Below are positions 27,917 through 43,083 of a stretch of DNA of 64,000 bases, in pieces. The translations under genes and the position numbers were made by a program. The DNA is from Eledone cirrhosa (lineage: Eukaryota), in the NCBI GenBank assembly GCA_964016885.1, contig OZ024740.1:93558001-93622000 (forward strand). The letters run 5' to 3'. Numbering within the stretch: position 1 is the first letter of the stretch; each line of letters opens with the position of its first letter. Below the pieces are notes generated by a model, which saw only the letters and a program-made list of their open reading frames with translations, searched no databases and was not told the DNA's origin.

Positions 27917-29142
27917 TAACATTATTTTAGAAATTAATATATAATTTAATTTAAATGTTAGTTAACCTATAAATTTAATTTAATTAAAATTCTACTACAG
28001 ATGAGAATATAAAATATTGTGTAATCATAAATTGTGAAAAACCTTTAAATATTACTAATATATACTTAGTAATTTAATTTATAGATTAATTTTAATTTAT
28101 TTAACCCTTTATTAAAATTCCTTTACAGATAAAATATAACAAAATATCGTGTATTCAATGACAGAGAAATCATTTTTAGTATTATAGACCTAATTAATAT
28201 ACATTTTAGAAATATATTTATAATTTGGTTTTAAATTTGGTTAACCTAAAAATTTAATTTAATTGGCTTAAAATTAGTATCCTAATACAGACGGATTGCA
28301 GAGTGTCATGTAATCATAGAATGGGATGGGTTTTGGATGTATACCTAGTTAATATATTCTTTGCAATTTTTGAAAAAATATGTATATGTATGTATATATG
28401 TGTATGTGTATGTATGTATATATATGTGTATATATATATATATGTATGTATATGTATATGTGTATGTATTAATTTTAATTTCTGTTTACATATAATTATA
28501 TTCTACTATTGATATTATACAATATCTGTTTTATTTATTATATACCTAATTAACAAATACTATAGAAATTAATATATAATTTTTAATTTAGTTAACCTAT
28601 AATTTATATTCTACTACCGATGTAATACTTTATTTGTTTTTTCCCTATTACTAAATTCATATCCTAATATTGATACCATAACGTTAATAATTTTAATTTA
28701 GTTATACTATAATTAATACTCTACTACTATTTAACTTCAAAATTCTGCTTGAAATATTATAAACCTAAGTAATTTACACCTTAGAAATCAATATATTAAC
28801 TATCTTTAGTTTAGTTAACCTATAATTAATGGTATACTTATATTGAAATGCATAATTTTGCCTTCTTTCTTGCATTTCCTAATACTGAAACTATGTAAAC
28901 ACATATTGAGATCCAAATACAGATTAATATTCTATGTTTCTTGAAACATATATTTACTATAATCCCCTCCCCCCCCCTTCCCCCCCCCTACTATTATTAT
29001 TTGTATTTGTAAGCGTGTATGTATGTATGTATATGTAGGTAGGTGTATATATGTTTGGGTGTTTATTTGTAAGTATAAAAATACATATATGCGCATGCAA
29101 ATAAGGGTGTATGATTGTGTGTATATATATATATATATACAC

Positions 29143-29180
<38 letters not shown>

Positions 29181-29405
29181 ATACGTGTATGTATATATAT
29201 ATATGTGTGTATGTATGTGTGTGTGTATATATGTGTATGTATATGTATGTCTCTCTATATATATGTGTATCTTTGTATCTATGTGGGTATATGTGTGTAT
29301 GTACATGTATGCACATGTATATGTCTATGTGTATATGTGTGTAAGTGTATATGTGTACGTATGTGAGCATATATATGTGAGTGTGTGTGTGTGTATATAT
29401 ATGTA

Positions 29406-29444
<39 letters not shown>

Positions 29445-29496
29445 TATTATTATAATATAATATATGTATATATATATATATGTGAAAATATGTATA

Positions 29497-29529
<33 letters not shown>

Positions 29530-29799
29530 TGTATATTTGTAGTTGATGTGTGTATATGTATGTATATATATGTGTGTGTGTATGTATGTGTGTATATATA
29601 TGTATGTGTATGTGTGTGTATGTGTGTGTGTGTATATATATATATATACATATATGTATATGTATGTGTGTGCATATTTGTCTGACTGTGTGTATAATTT
29701 TTTTTTTTTTTTTTTTTTATATATATGTATGTGTATGTGTATGTATGTATGTATGTATGTGTGTGCATGTCTATATATATGTGTGTGTGTACGTGTATG

Positions 29800-29847
<48 letters not shown>

Positions 29848-29947
29848 TATATATATGTATGTGTGTCTTTGTGTGTGTGTATATATATGTATGTATGTGT
29901 GTATGTATGTGTTTGTATGTGTGTTTATGGTTGTACGTGTGTGTGGG

Positions 29948-29981
<34 letters not shown>

Positions 29982-30443
29982 TATGTGTATATGTATCTCT
30001 ATTTATATGTGTATATATGTATATGTATATACCTTTTTCTTTGTATGTCTGAGTTGTGTGAGCGTGTAGTGGTGTTTGTATGTATATACGCATATATGGA
30101 TGTGTATGTATTTGTATATATGCGTATATGTAAGTGCGTATGTGTGTGTGAGTATATATCTATGTCAATGTATGAGTATGTATGTGTGTGTATGTATGTG
30201 TGTGTGTATGTATGTGTGTAAGTGTGTATGTATATGTGTGTATATATATGTATGTATATGTATGTTTGTATGTATATATGTATGTATATGTATATATATG
30301 TATATATATATATATATATATATTTATTATATGTGTGTGTGTGTGTGTGTATATATATCTTTATATATGTGTATGTGTATGTATGTGTAGGTGTGTGTGT
30401 GTGAGTATATATGTATGTGTATATATGTGTATGTATGTGTATG

Positions 30444-30490
<47 letters not shown>

Positions 30491-30638
30491 ATGTGTATGT
30501 GTGTATGTGTGTATATATATATATATTTATGTATATATATATATTTATATGTGGGTATGTATGTGTATGTGTGTATATATATGAGTGTATTTATATATAT
30601 ATATGTATGTAGGTGTGACTGTATATATATGTATATAT

Positions 30639-30696
<58 letters not shown>

Positions 30697-30756
30697 ATGT
30701 ATATGTGTGTATATGTACGAGTGTGTATATATATACGAGTGTTGTGAGTGTATATA

Positions 30757-30837
<81 letters not shown>

Positions 30838-31221
30838 GTATATATATATATATGTATGCGTGTATGTGTATATGTGTGTAAAAAAAATATATATATATAT
30901 GTGTTTATGTGTGTATGTGTCTATGTATTTATATGTGTATATGTATGTGTCTCTATATATATGTATATGTATGTGTGTGTATGCGTGTGTATTTATTTAT
31001 ATGTCTATATGTATGTATATCGATGTATACTTTATATTTTACTTGTTTGTATATATATATATGTGTGTGTATGTATATGTGTATGTATATATATGTGTGT
31101 GTATATATGTGTGTGTATATATGTGTATATGTATGTGTATATATATATGTATGTGTGTATATATGTGTATATATATATGTATATGTATATATATGTGTGT
31201 GTGTGTGTGTGTGTATGTGTG

Positions 31222-31259
<38 letters not shown>

Positions 31260-31862
31260 CTTGATATATTTCTTTTTTCTTTTTTCTTTTTCTTTTCTTT
31301 TTATTTCTAAGTTTATTGATACATCTATAAATAGGCAGTCTGCCGAAACCGTTGAATACTGACCTCTCCCCCCCTCCCACCTAATTTCTGTATCCTGATC
31401 TAAATATGTGTGGCAGTGTTTATGTGCGTGCATTAATGTCCATATGCTTATGATAATACTATATGCACATATATATGTGTGTGGGTATGTGTGTGTGTAT
31501 GTATGTTCGTAGTTATGTGTATGTTTATGCATATACGCGCGTGTGTGTGTGAGTGTACGAATATGTGTGAGTATATGAATGTGTCTATACATTTATTTCA
31601 TATTTATGTGTCTATACGCATTTTATCTGTGGATTATAGACTTACAGAGACATTAGCCTTGAATTGTTGTCTTTGCATACATCTTTTTGGCATGCGTATG
31701 CATGTGAACATATATCTTTATGTAAATATGTGTACGAAGTTAATTACATGTATATACACACACCAAACTGCATAACATTTTTTGTATTTCCATTGGTCAA
31801 TTTGAACTCTGTTCCCAAACGGACCTGAAATTTTGAATTGTTGTTATTATCAATAAATATAT

Positions 31863-32017
31863 TTCATTATTTCTGAAGACGGCATATATATATGTTTGGT
31901 ATGTATATTTAATTTTGATAGTTTGTATAATTTTGTATAATTTTGTACATAGATCTGTTGAATATGCATGCCAATTCTAACACATATATATCCTAGAAAC
32001 GATCGTTAAATAATGAA
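31863..32017 (+). ncRNA. Type I hammerhead with extended helix II (family 1, inverted copy)
   Basis: ttcattattt (31863-72) CTGAAGA (31873-79) ... GAAA (31996-99) cgatcg TT aaataatgaa (32008-17); perfect 10-bp helix I. Confidence 0.78.
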
Positions 32018-32211
32018 CTTTTTTTGTTTAATATAAGGAACTGTTTCATTGTTTTATTCATTATTTTTTTAATATTTTATCTTGACTCTGTATTCCGTTT
32101 ATCTTTCACCGAAAGTGATTTTTCATTGCATTTCTTCTTTCCATAATATCCGGATTACATTGAGTTCTTCATACGGATTGGACACTACCGTAAACTCTTG
32201 GTAGATTTATC

Positions 32212-32268
<57 letters not shown>

Positions 32269-32281
32269 ATATATATATATG

Positions 32282-32502
<221 letters not shown>

Positions 32503-32503
32503 G

Positions 32504-32539
<36 letters not shown>

Positions 32540-35500
32540 GTAATAATAATAAATTTGAGGTCTAAAATCCAAACAGGGCTCGATAAAGACAAATATATAC
32601 AAATATATAAGAACCGTAGTGCAAATATTTATTAAAATAACAGATTAAAGTTTAAGCAACAATCGCTTCTTTCACCCTTAACGGGATCTTCTGAGACTAA
32701 CAAAGTCAATCTGTAAACGCAGAAGTGGATATTTCAAAAAACGTTGCAACCGGATGAAGACAGGAAGACGATACTTTGATTCGTGGAAACGTTCCCTAGC
32801 AAAGAACGGGAAAAAAACGAATATAACAAGTCATTAATAGGAGCGGTGAAAAACAATTACACGCAAAGACAGAACCACGTTTATGGTATAAAAGATGTCG
32901 TAGACTAAAGTTCTCTTAGCCGGTTCATAGAGACGTTCTCTTGCAAAAACGGACAAAACGAAGATAATACGTCATATATGGAGCGTGGAGAAACATTGCA
33001 CGCAAAGACAAAACCACGTAAATGGTATAACTTTAGTCGTAGACTAAAATTAAGACTAGGAAACAGAATAAATCTCCGCTTCAGAGTTAAGAATAAAGTA
33101 AGTAAAATACAATACAGAGGTAATTGAAATTAAATAAATAATTATAAATACGCATGCAAATACGTACATACACAAGTATCCGCAAATACACTAGCCATAG
33201 GTATACTAAACCACGCACATATAAATATATGTATGTGTGTGTGTGCCTGTATACAAATAACTCAATAATAAATAAACGTATATAAATAAATACGTATATA
33301 ACCAGCGCACACACATACCAACATGTAAATACACAAATGTTCGGAGACATACGTCAACCAAAACATGAAGTACACATATACACACACCCTACATACGTAC
33401 GAACCCGCATACTCACACAGACGCAAAACTCCCGTATACACATAACCAAAAACATATGTACCAGAATATATAAAATTATACGCCATAACATATACAATCA
33501 AATATACGTACGAGAAAATATACGTACCTTCACAAAACATACAGCTAATATATACTTACCTATGCAAATAAGTAATGGTATAAACATAACATATATATAG
33601 CTACCACATCAAGACGTAAAATATCTACATATAGATCGTACTATCCGTTAGGGTATAATGTGGGGGTGTAATACAGGAAAGTTTAGTGCAATTTATGTTT
33701 ACAAGCGAAAATTGCCTCAGATGTTTTGTTTAAGATGTGATATGTGGCGTAGAGTATTTCTAGGGCCTCAGCGGCGCAGAGGTCACATGGTCTTTTATTT
33801 CCGTTATACGATCTACCCCTAGCTAGGATCTCCCAGTGTAACTTATATTGTGTGTGATTGTCTTTTAGACTCCAGATATAAGATGAAAGTGACGCCATAT
33901 TCCTTCTATGGGGGTAACGAAAAGATTGGGTATGCATGTACAGACGCTGCTTGAATCTACTGGCGGTTAACCATATGTAGGCCCTACGGGACGTGGGTGT
34001 TTCAACCTTACATGTGTAGACAATGTTACTAGAGAGACATTTCCCTGATAGGGGGCAATCAACCCAATTCCTACAATTACAGTTAGTACTAACTACAGGG
34101 TTGCACGTGTTCCTACGGCTAGATAGTTTAGCTAAATTTGAAGTCGGTGACTAATTTCGACGACTCTATTTGGATTAAAAAATCCAATAGTAACCCATTC
34201 AACGTGACTATGGGCGCCAGCGATTCTGCGGAGGTTACTGATCTCATCGCCCTTTTCCTTCTTTTCTCTATCAAGGACGAATTCTCCAACGCGGCCGGTA
34301 GTTTGTAGCGTGATGATGATCTTTTGACCATGACTAAGTGCGGATCTCGTACTTGCGACAGGTTCAGAAAAGAACTCACAGCCTTCTTTAAAGGCTTCGA
34401 CCTCTCTATACAGGTTGGGGCCAATCTCTCGGTCGTTACTTACCTCGACGTTACCCTCAATTTATCGAATGGGTGGTATTACCCGTATGAAAGCCGAACG
34501 ATACGCTTAATTACATAAGTAAGCATTCCAACCATCCTGCCAGCATAACCAAGAACCTGGTAAGAAACGTTTCGTTGAGGCTTTCCCGTCTACCTACTAA
34601 CGAGCATATATTCAACGACCATTCCACTTATTAAAATGAAGCCCTTGCTCGGAGTGGATTTGTCGATAAGGTAGCATATACAGAGTACGAGATTAGAACT
34701 AGAAGAAATAGATCCCGTCGCATTATATGGTATAACCCACCATATAATATGGAGCTGGCCACACCATTAGCTAAGTTCTTTCTATCCCTTATTACGAAAT
34801 ATTTTCCCCCTACACATAAATATAGTAACATTTTTAATAGAAATACTATTAACATGTCTTACTCTACGACTCCTAACCTTGCACATAACATCACAGCTTC
34901 AAATTTAGATACACTACCTAGCCGTAGTAACACGTGCAACCCTGTAGTTAGTACTAACTGTAATTGTAGGAATGGGGTTGATTGCCCCCTATCCGGGAAA
35001 TGCCTCTCTAGTAACATTGTCTACAAATGTAAGGTTGAATCACCCACGTCCCATAGAGCATACATAGGGTTACCCGCCAATAGATTCAAGCAGCGTCTTT
35101 ACATGCATACCCATTCTTTTCGTTACCCTCTTAGAATGAATATGACGTCACTTTCTGCTTATATCTGGAGTCTAAAAGACAACCACGCCCAATATAAGTT
35201 AAACTGGGAGATCCTAGCTAGGGATAGATCGTATAACGGAAATAAAAGACCATGTGACCTCTGCGCCGCTGAGGCATTTGAAATACTCTACGCCACAGAC
35301 CACATCTTAAACAGAAATTGTGAGGCAATTTCGGCTTGTAAACATAAATTGCAGAAAACTTTCCTGTATTACAGCCCCACATTATACCCTAACGGATAGT
35401 ACGATATATATGTGGATATTATACATCTTGATGTGGTAGCTAAGTATATGTTATGTTTATACTATTACTTATTTGCATAGGTAAGTATATATTAGCTGTA

Positions 35501-36382
35501 TGTTTTGTGAGGGTACGTATACTTTCTCGTACGTATATTTGATTGTATATGTTATGGCGTATAATTTTATATATTCTGGTACATATGCTTTTGGTTATGT
35601 GTATACGGGAGTGTTGCGTCTGTGTGAGTATGCGGGTTCGTACGTATGTAGGGAGTGTGTATATGTGTACTTCATGTTTTGGTTGACGTATGTTTCCGAA
35701 CATTTGTGTATTTACATGTAGGTATGTGAGTGCGCTTATTTATTTATTTCTATACACGCACACACACACAAATACATAATTATATGTGCGTGGTTTTTTA
35801 TACCATTGGCGAGTGTTTTCGCGTATGCTTGTGTATGTACGTATTTGCATGCATATATGTATTTATATGTATTTATTTAATTTCAATTACCTCCGTATTG
35901 TATTCTATTTACTTTATTCTTAACTCTGAAGCGAAGAATCATTCGGTTTCCTTGTTTGAAGTTTAGTCAACGACTTCAGCTATACCATTTACGTGGTTTT
36001 GTCTTTGCGTGCAATTGTTCTCTACGATCTTCATATGACGTATTATCTTCGTTTTTTTTTCCGTTCATTGCCAGATAACCTCTCTATGAACCACCTAAGA
36101 GAACTTTAGTCTACGACTTCTTTTATACCATAAACGTGGTTCTGTCTTTGCTTGTAAATGTTTTTCACCGCTTCTATTAATGACGTATTATATTCGTTTT
36201 TTCCCGTTCTTTGCCAGGGAACGTTTCCACGAACCAAAGTATCGTCTTCCTGTCTTCTTCCCGTTGCAACTTTTTTTCAAATATCCCCTTCTGCCTTTAC
36301 AGATTGACTTTGTTAGTTTCAGAATATCCCGTTAAGGGTGAAAGCAGCGATTATTTACTTAAACTTTAATCTGTTATTTTAA
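32540..36382. mobile_element. PLE family 2, decayed, head-to-head arms (minus 32540-~34118, plus ~34120-36382)
   Basis: Arms are reverse-complement homologs over the endonuclease and 3' region; (TA)n at both ends. Confidence 0.85.
34125..35399 (+). pseudogene. Disrupted Naiad-type RT/GIY-YIG ORF (family 2)
   Basis: NVTMGASDSAEVTDLI, L*RDD, VTYLDVTLNL, WYNPPYN, CNCRNGVDCPLSGKC, AYIGL..RFKQR, CDLCAAE; stops and frameshifts. Confidence 0.85.
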
Positions 36383-36397
36383 TATATATATATATAT

Positions 36398-37405
36398 ATA
36401 ATGAAAAGTTGAACAGGGACAGAACAGAGAGGCAGTACGATAAATGTTTATTAAATTCACGCTCAGGAGAGTGGGGGGGTAGGTGGGGGAAGACGTTTCG
36501 GGCATAAGCCCTTCTTCAGGTGAGAGTTCAAAAGGTGTGTAGGGGAGTGGTGGAGAGACATATAGCGAAAGGAAACGGTGCGAATGAAAATTTAACAAAT
36601 AAATGCAAAAATATAATAAATAATAAATAAAAATAAAGCATGATCAAAATAAAATTAAAGACAAAAAATTATAAAGGTAATAACACAGGCGATCGTGAAC
36701 AAAAAATCATAGAAATATCATAAAGGTAATGACACAGGCGATCGTGAACAAAAAATCATAGAAATACAATTGTAAGAACACAGGCAAAGAATCATATACG
36801 GAAAAAAAGGGGTACGGTAACAAAATCAAACAGAGGTAATGCGTGGAAGGAAAGACAAAGTGTGGGAAGGTGTGTAAAGTTCGGAGAAAGGTCACGGCGG
36901 ATTAGATCGGGGTTGAGCCGGTTGTTAAGTTAAGTTCCAAGGATGGAGGCCGTGTGAGCGTGTGTTATGTATAATGAAAAGTTGAACAGGGACAGAACAG
37001 AGAAGCAGTACGATAAATGTTTATTAAATTCACGCTCAGAACAGTGGGGGTAGGTGGGGGACGACGTTTCGGGCATAAGCCCTTCTTCAGGTGAGAGTTC
37101 AAAAGGTTTGTAGGGGAGTGGTGGAGAGACATATAGCGAAAGGAAACGGTGCGAATGAAAAATTAACAAATAAAGACAAAAATATAATAAATAATAAATA
37201 AAAATAAAGCATGATCAAAATAAAATTAAAGACAAAAAATTATAAAGGTAATAACACAGGCGATCGTGAACAAAAAATCATAGAAATATCATAAAGGTAA
37301 TGACACAGGCGATCGTGAACAAAAAATCATAGAAATACAATCGTAAGAACACAGGCAAAGAATCATATACGGAAAAAAAGGGGTACGGTAACAAAATCAA
37401 ACAGA

Positions 37406-37410
<5 letters not shown>
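36398..37410 (-). mobile_element. Partial tandem (~572-bp period, ~1.8 units) non-autonomous PLE pLTR-like element
   Basis: atgaaaagttgaacagggac at 36401 and 36974; flanked by (TA)n; one hammerhead core per unit. Confidence 0.75.
36488..36523 (-). ncRNA. Minimal Penelope-type hammerhead core (second copy 37059-37094)
   Basis: Minus strand CTGAAGA-agggc-ttat-gccc-GAAA-cg-TC; helix I is weak. Confidence 0.65.
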
Positions 37411-37475
<65 letters not shown>

Positions 37476-37481
37476 TATATA

Positions 37482-38410
<929 letters not shown>

Positions 38411-38496
38411 AATATATGGTGACATGGAAAGGTTTGTGTGTGAGAAGGAGGAGGAATAGATACAAACAACTTAAAAATAAACAACTACAGACGATA

Positions 38497-38539
<43 letters not shown>

Positions 38540-39580
38540 GCAAGTTAATATAAATTGATATATTATAAACACATAAGTGTTTGCATTGCAAAAGACTAAG
38601 TCAGCTAGAATGAAATAAACTAATCAATAAAAACAAGCTTATATTGGCAAAAACCTGGACAAATTTAAATTTCAAAATCCAAACCTGCTCCGTAGATGAA
38701 TTTGAACCTCAAAACTTAAATATGTTTCGCAATGATGGTATAAAAAGTGAAATATTCAATCTTCTGTGCTTATCAACAGGAATCCAGAGAAATTAAAACA
38801 TTTCACCTCCAAAAATGTTTTAGTACTGGTGAACCAGTACAAACGCACGAGGTACAACCAGCTATCTAGCTATCCCATACTCACAGTGCTAGAAATAACA
38901 GCCGTTTATATGGGATTAAAAATTAGCTCAACGCGTAAGGAGCCGTATTATATTTAGAGTTTAAACAGTCATTTACAATTAATTAGCTCAAAGAAAGAAG
39001 CATTTCTGAGCCGTGAAATACAAGTTAATATAAATTGATATATTATAAACACATAAGTGTTTGCATTGCAAAATACTAAGTCAGCTAGAATGAAATAAAC
39101 TAATTAAAATAAATATAGTTTGTCTGCCCGATATAAATCAATAAAAACAAGCTTATATTGGCAAAAGCCGTGATTCCTGGACAAATTTAAATTTCAAAAT
39201 CCAAACCTGCTCCGTCGATGAATTTGAACCTCAAAACATAAATATGTTTCGCAATGATGGTATAAAAAGTGAATTATTCAATCTGCTGTGCTTATCAACA
39301 GGAGACAAGAGAAATTAAAACATTTCACCTCCAAAAATTTTGTAGGACTGGTTAACCAGTACAAACGCACTTGGTACAACCAGCTATCTAGCTATCCCAT
39401 ACTCACAGTGCTAGAAATAACAGACGTTTATATGGGATTAAGAATTAACTCAACATGTAAGGAGCCGTATTATATTTAGAGTTTAAAAAATCATTTACAA
39501 TTAATTAACTCAAAGAAAGAAGCATTTCTGAGCCGTGAAATACAAGTTAATATAAATTGATATATTATAAACACATAATT
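38540..39580. repeat. Tandem duplication, ~2.1 units of 480-522 bp
   Basis: caagttaatataaattgatatattataaacacataa at 38541, 39021 and 39543. Confidence 0.85.
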
Positions 39581-41645
39581 TGTTCGGTGAAGCCGCTGTT
39601 ACTGAGGGCTTTATTATAATAAGGGGCGGCTCTGTTAAGAATTTCTATAGACGAGATAAGGCAGAAAATGCTTCGGCTAATGTTAGGAATAAGATTGTTA
39701 AAGACTATAGGGGGATGGCAAAACTGTTTGTGTATATATCTTAAATTTTAATTAGGTTTATGATAAGGTTTAAAAGAGGAGGTAAGTAGGTCAAGATTGA
39801 TATCAAGAAAGGAAGTATTAGTAAAATTCGTATCTATAGTAATCTTTAGGTTTAGGTTAGCAAAGGTATTGATTAAGTCTTTTCAGAATTTACCAAGGTT
39901 ATGGCCGTTGGTCGTATGAGAAACCGCCAAACCGTCGTCTCGCTATAAACCGATATTATGGCAAGGAAATTTCTCTTTAAGGGTGTGGAGGAGAAATAAT
40001 CCTACTAAGTCGCACACATCGGCGCTATCATATGAGCCCATCGCAACATCAGAAGAGTTTTCATGGTTGATTTTTTTAACCCAAGTACCTTCATTAGTAA
40101 ATAGTAGTGATTTCCTAGCATGAAAGATAACGTCTTCTTCTAATTTAGAAATATTAATGAACAGTCTAGCAAAATAAGTTAATCAGGATTCTGTGATAGA
40201 GGGGTAAAATCAACAATATCAAATTGGATAAATCTACACTTATTTTTTTCCTTGTATATTATTAAACCAAGAAATAACAGAGAATGTACTTAACCATTGG
40301 GATAAGTCAGTCATAGTTCTTATTTCAAGTATTATTTTTCTTAGTATTTCTTTACTCGCAAGGCCAATTTCAGATTAAGTACGGTTGTTTAGTCTCCAAC
40401 TGTGTCGATTAGTAAAGTCTACTTTATGGTCTCTAAGGGTAATATATTCTTAACGTTTACCTAAGCATAAATATTATTAGTTTTGTCGTAAAGAACGAAA
40501 GTGTTATTAGAAGACCTACATTTCTTAATATCTTTTCTAAGTTTAGTTTGAAAGGTGTTAGGGTGTTTGCGAAAGGAAATGTTGGCGACTAAGTCAAGAA
40601 GGTCCGCCTCGAAAGGAGCAAGTTCAGTTATCTCAGGAGGTAGGATCTCGGTTTCAGGTTGAAGGTTATCGTCAAAAGCTAGGGCTCGCAATCTTAAGCG
40701 TCTGACGACATCTTCCGCTTTTTGTAGGAGAAACTTTTGGTAAACATGGTTGGAGGGAGTAGGGATGTTCTTCAGGGAGTAATCCAGTTCGTATAAATCC
40801 ATATTGACGTTGATGAGCTGCAAAATCGTGTAGGGCACGAGGATATAGAGAGCGCTCACAGGGTAGGAGGCCAAACTCGCACGGGGTGAAGATTCTGCTG
40901 ACCGTTGCTGGAGACGTATATAATGGTAGAACACTGGAAGGGAATATCCTTAGTTGTAGAACACTCAGTCCATCGGATGAGTTAGCTAGAAGTGGTTACA
41001 CATCAGTTAGTTCACCATACCGAGAATAATTGTTTCACCTTAGCGGATCCTCAGCTCGTAATGGACATGGTTATAAGGAAAGGAAGGACACCCGTATGGA
41101 CGCGCATACGCAGAAACGGTCACTTCACTCAGGCAATACTAAATTCCGTACGAGAGGTGTAAGGGAAATAACTGCGAAAGTCCGAAAGTTTCTAGCTGAT
41201 ATGAAAATTAGGATGTTGTAATTCAATCCGGAGCGCTGTAGTTAAATAAGAGGTGTTTCCAGACGTGTGGACAACGTGTGAAGAATTCATTTTGTCGAGT
41301 ATAGGCAATCGTTATTGCGTAATCTCTTTAGAATAGTTATTCGTTCATCAAAACATAGTCCACACAACGGATTTCCCATTGGATTCTTACATAACTACAA
41401 GGCCCCGGATTGAATTACACCATCCTAATATTCTTAGCAACTAGATACTTTCGGACTTTCGCAGTTATCTGCCTTACATATCTCGCACGTGATTTAGTAT
41501 TGCCTGGGTGAAGTGAACGTTTCTCTGCATGTTCGTTCATACGGGTGTCGTTTCTATTCCTTATAACTATGTCCATTACGAGCTAAGGATCCGCTAAGGT
41601 GAAACATTTGTTTTTGGTATGATGAACTAACTATTGTGTAACCAC

Positions 41646-41650
<5 letters not shown>
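39580..41650 (-). mobile_element. PLE family 3: decayed 5' half of the RT ORF (39580-40802) plus upstream pLTR and inverted pLTR copy (40987-41231 / 41405-41650)
   Basis: MDLYELDYSLKNIPTPS..., DVAMGSYDSADVCDLVGLFLL, disrupted GLYRDD, FLDINL; ~245-bp inverted arms. Confidence 0.82.
41021..41058 (-). ncRNA. Minimal hammerhead in the family 3 pLTR (decayed plus-strand copy at 41579-41616)
   Basis: cgag-CTGAGGA-tccgctaaggt-GAAA-caatta-TT-ctcg on the minus strand. Confidence 0.6.
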
Positions 41651-41736
<86 letters not shown>

Positions 41737-41789
41737 TATAATTTATGTATTGTAATATCAGGTTCATGTTATATCAGGATGCTTTGACT

Positions 41790-42560
41790 CAGGTATGTAT
41801 TTTCACACTCACATGATTGCTTCATCAACATTCCACTGCACGAAACCCTCTTTGCATGTCCAACATCTCATTTACAATAACACGATATTAAATCCTCGTC
41901 ACATTACTAGGCTACCACCATCACAGCAACATCTACCTCCTTGGTATATGTTTTTTATGTTAAACCCAACACATCCACTTGCAAATGTTCCAACCTTTCA
42001 ACATGTCTGAACAATTCTTAAGATATTTAGATTCCACTCTTTCATCTATGTCAAAGCATCATCATCAGCCCAAACAAACCATTTCTCGTGTCTCGGTCAC
42101 CGACCAACTTATATGAAGTTTTCTTAGTTATAGATTAATCCATAACAAATATGACAGTTTTTATGTTGTTTTATAATATTTTAGATGTATTTCTTTTATT
42201 ATTTTCTATATACCATGACAATCATGAACGTGCTTACATCATTAAGATTTACACTGATATAATTTCAATTTTAAATCAATCGACAGTCATCCGCTGGGAT
42301 AACACCTTCCGAGAAACTTTTCCCCACATACACAGCCCATTAAACACATACCAGACAAATGAAGTACATGTGAAACACTTTTCAAACGGTATCACTTCGC
42401 CATCAATGAACATTGACTTAGAGACTGCTAGCATGAATTCATATATTGCGAAATACATCTTACACATGTGCTTACTCCTCAAGCTTTGCACATTTGTGTA
42501 TATATTATTCGCTTTTTTTATATACTTTGAAATTAGTGTTGCACCAAGAACATTTCCTTT
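41790..42560 (-). pseudogene. Possible highly decayed LINE AP-endonuclease remnant
   Basis: IYTNVQSLRSK and LQVDVLGLT resemble N-terminal APE motifs; many stops. Confidence 0.3.
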
Positions 42561-43083
42561 TTCAATATTCATAGGCAGTTTCCTCTGGATATCATCATAA
42601 TATGTGATATAACATGTATGTAGCTAAATATCTACCCTCTTTTCATGTTATGCCCGAGTCTTAGGTAAAAGTTTGAATATTTAAATCCGTGCTATCTATA
42701 ATCAATTTATGAAATTACTATCTATGAAGGGATTTTCTTTTCTCGAATAACTAACATTACTTCATTTCTAGGACATCTCCACATCTATTATGGAACCACC
42801 GCATCCTACTGCTCGTAGGATGCCCAAATTATGCATTCATGTTTCAAGAGTGCTTACTCTCAAGAAATGCGTACCGGGCATCCATGGCCGAGCGATTGCC
42901 TATGACTCAACGGCTCCCATAATGGACATGCTCTCTGACCAGTAAGCAGATATACATGTATATTTATAGCCATACATACCCTAATGAAGGGGTTGGAATC
43001 GATGGTCCTGTAGGCACAGTTTAAACCTACCGTAAACTTTCAACTGTATTATATGTCTCTAAATATCTATCAATTCATCTTCA

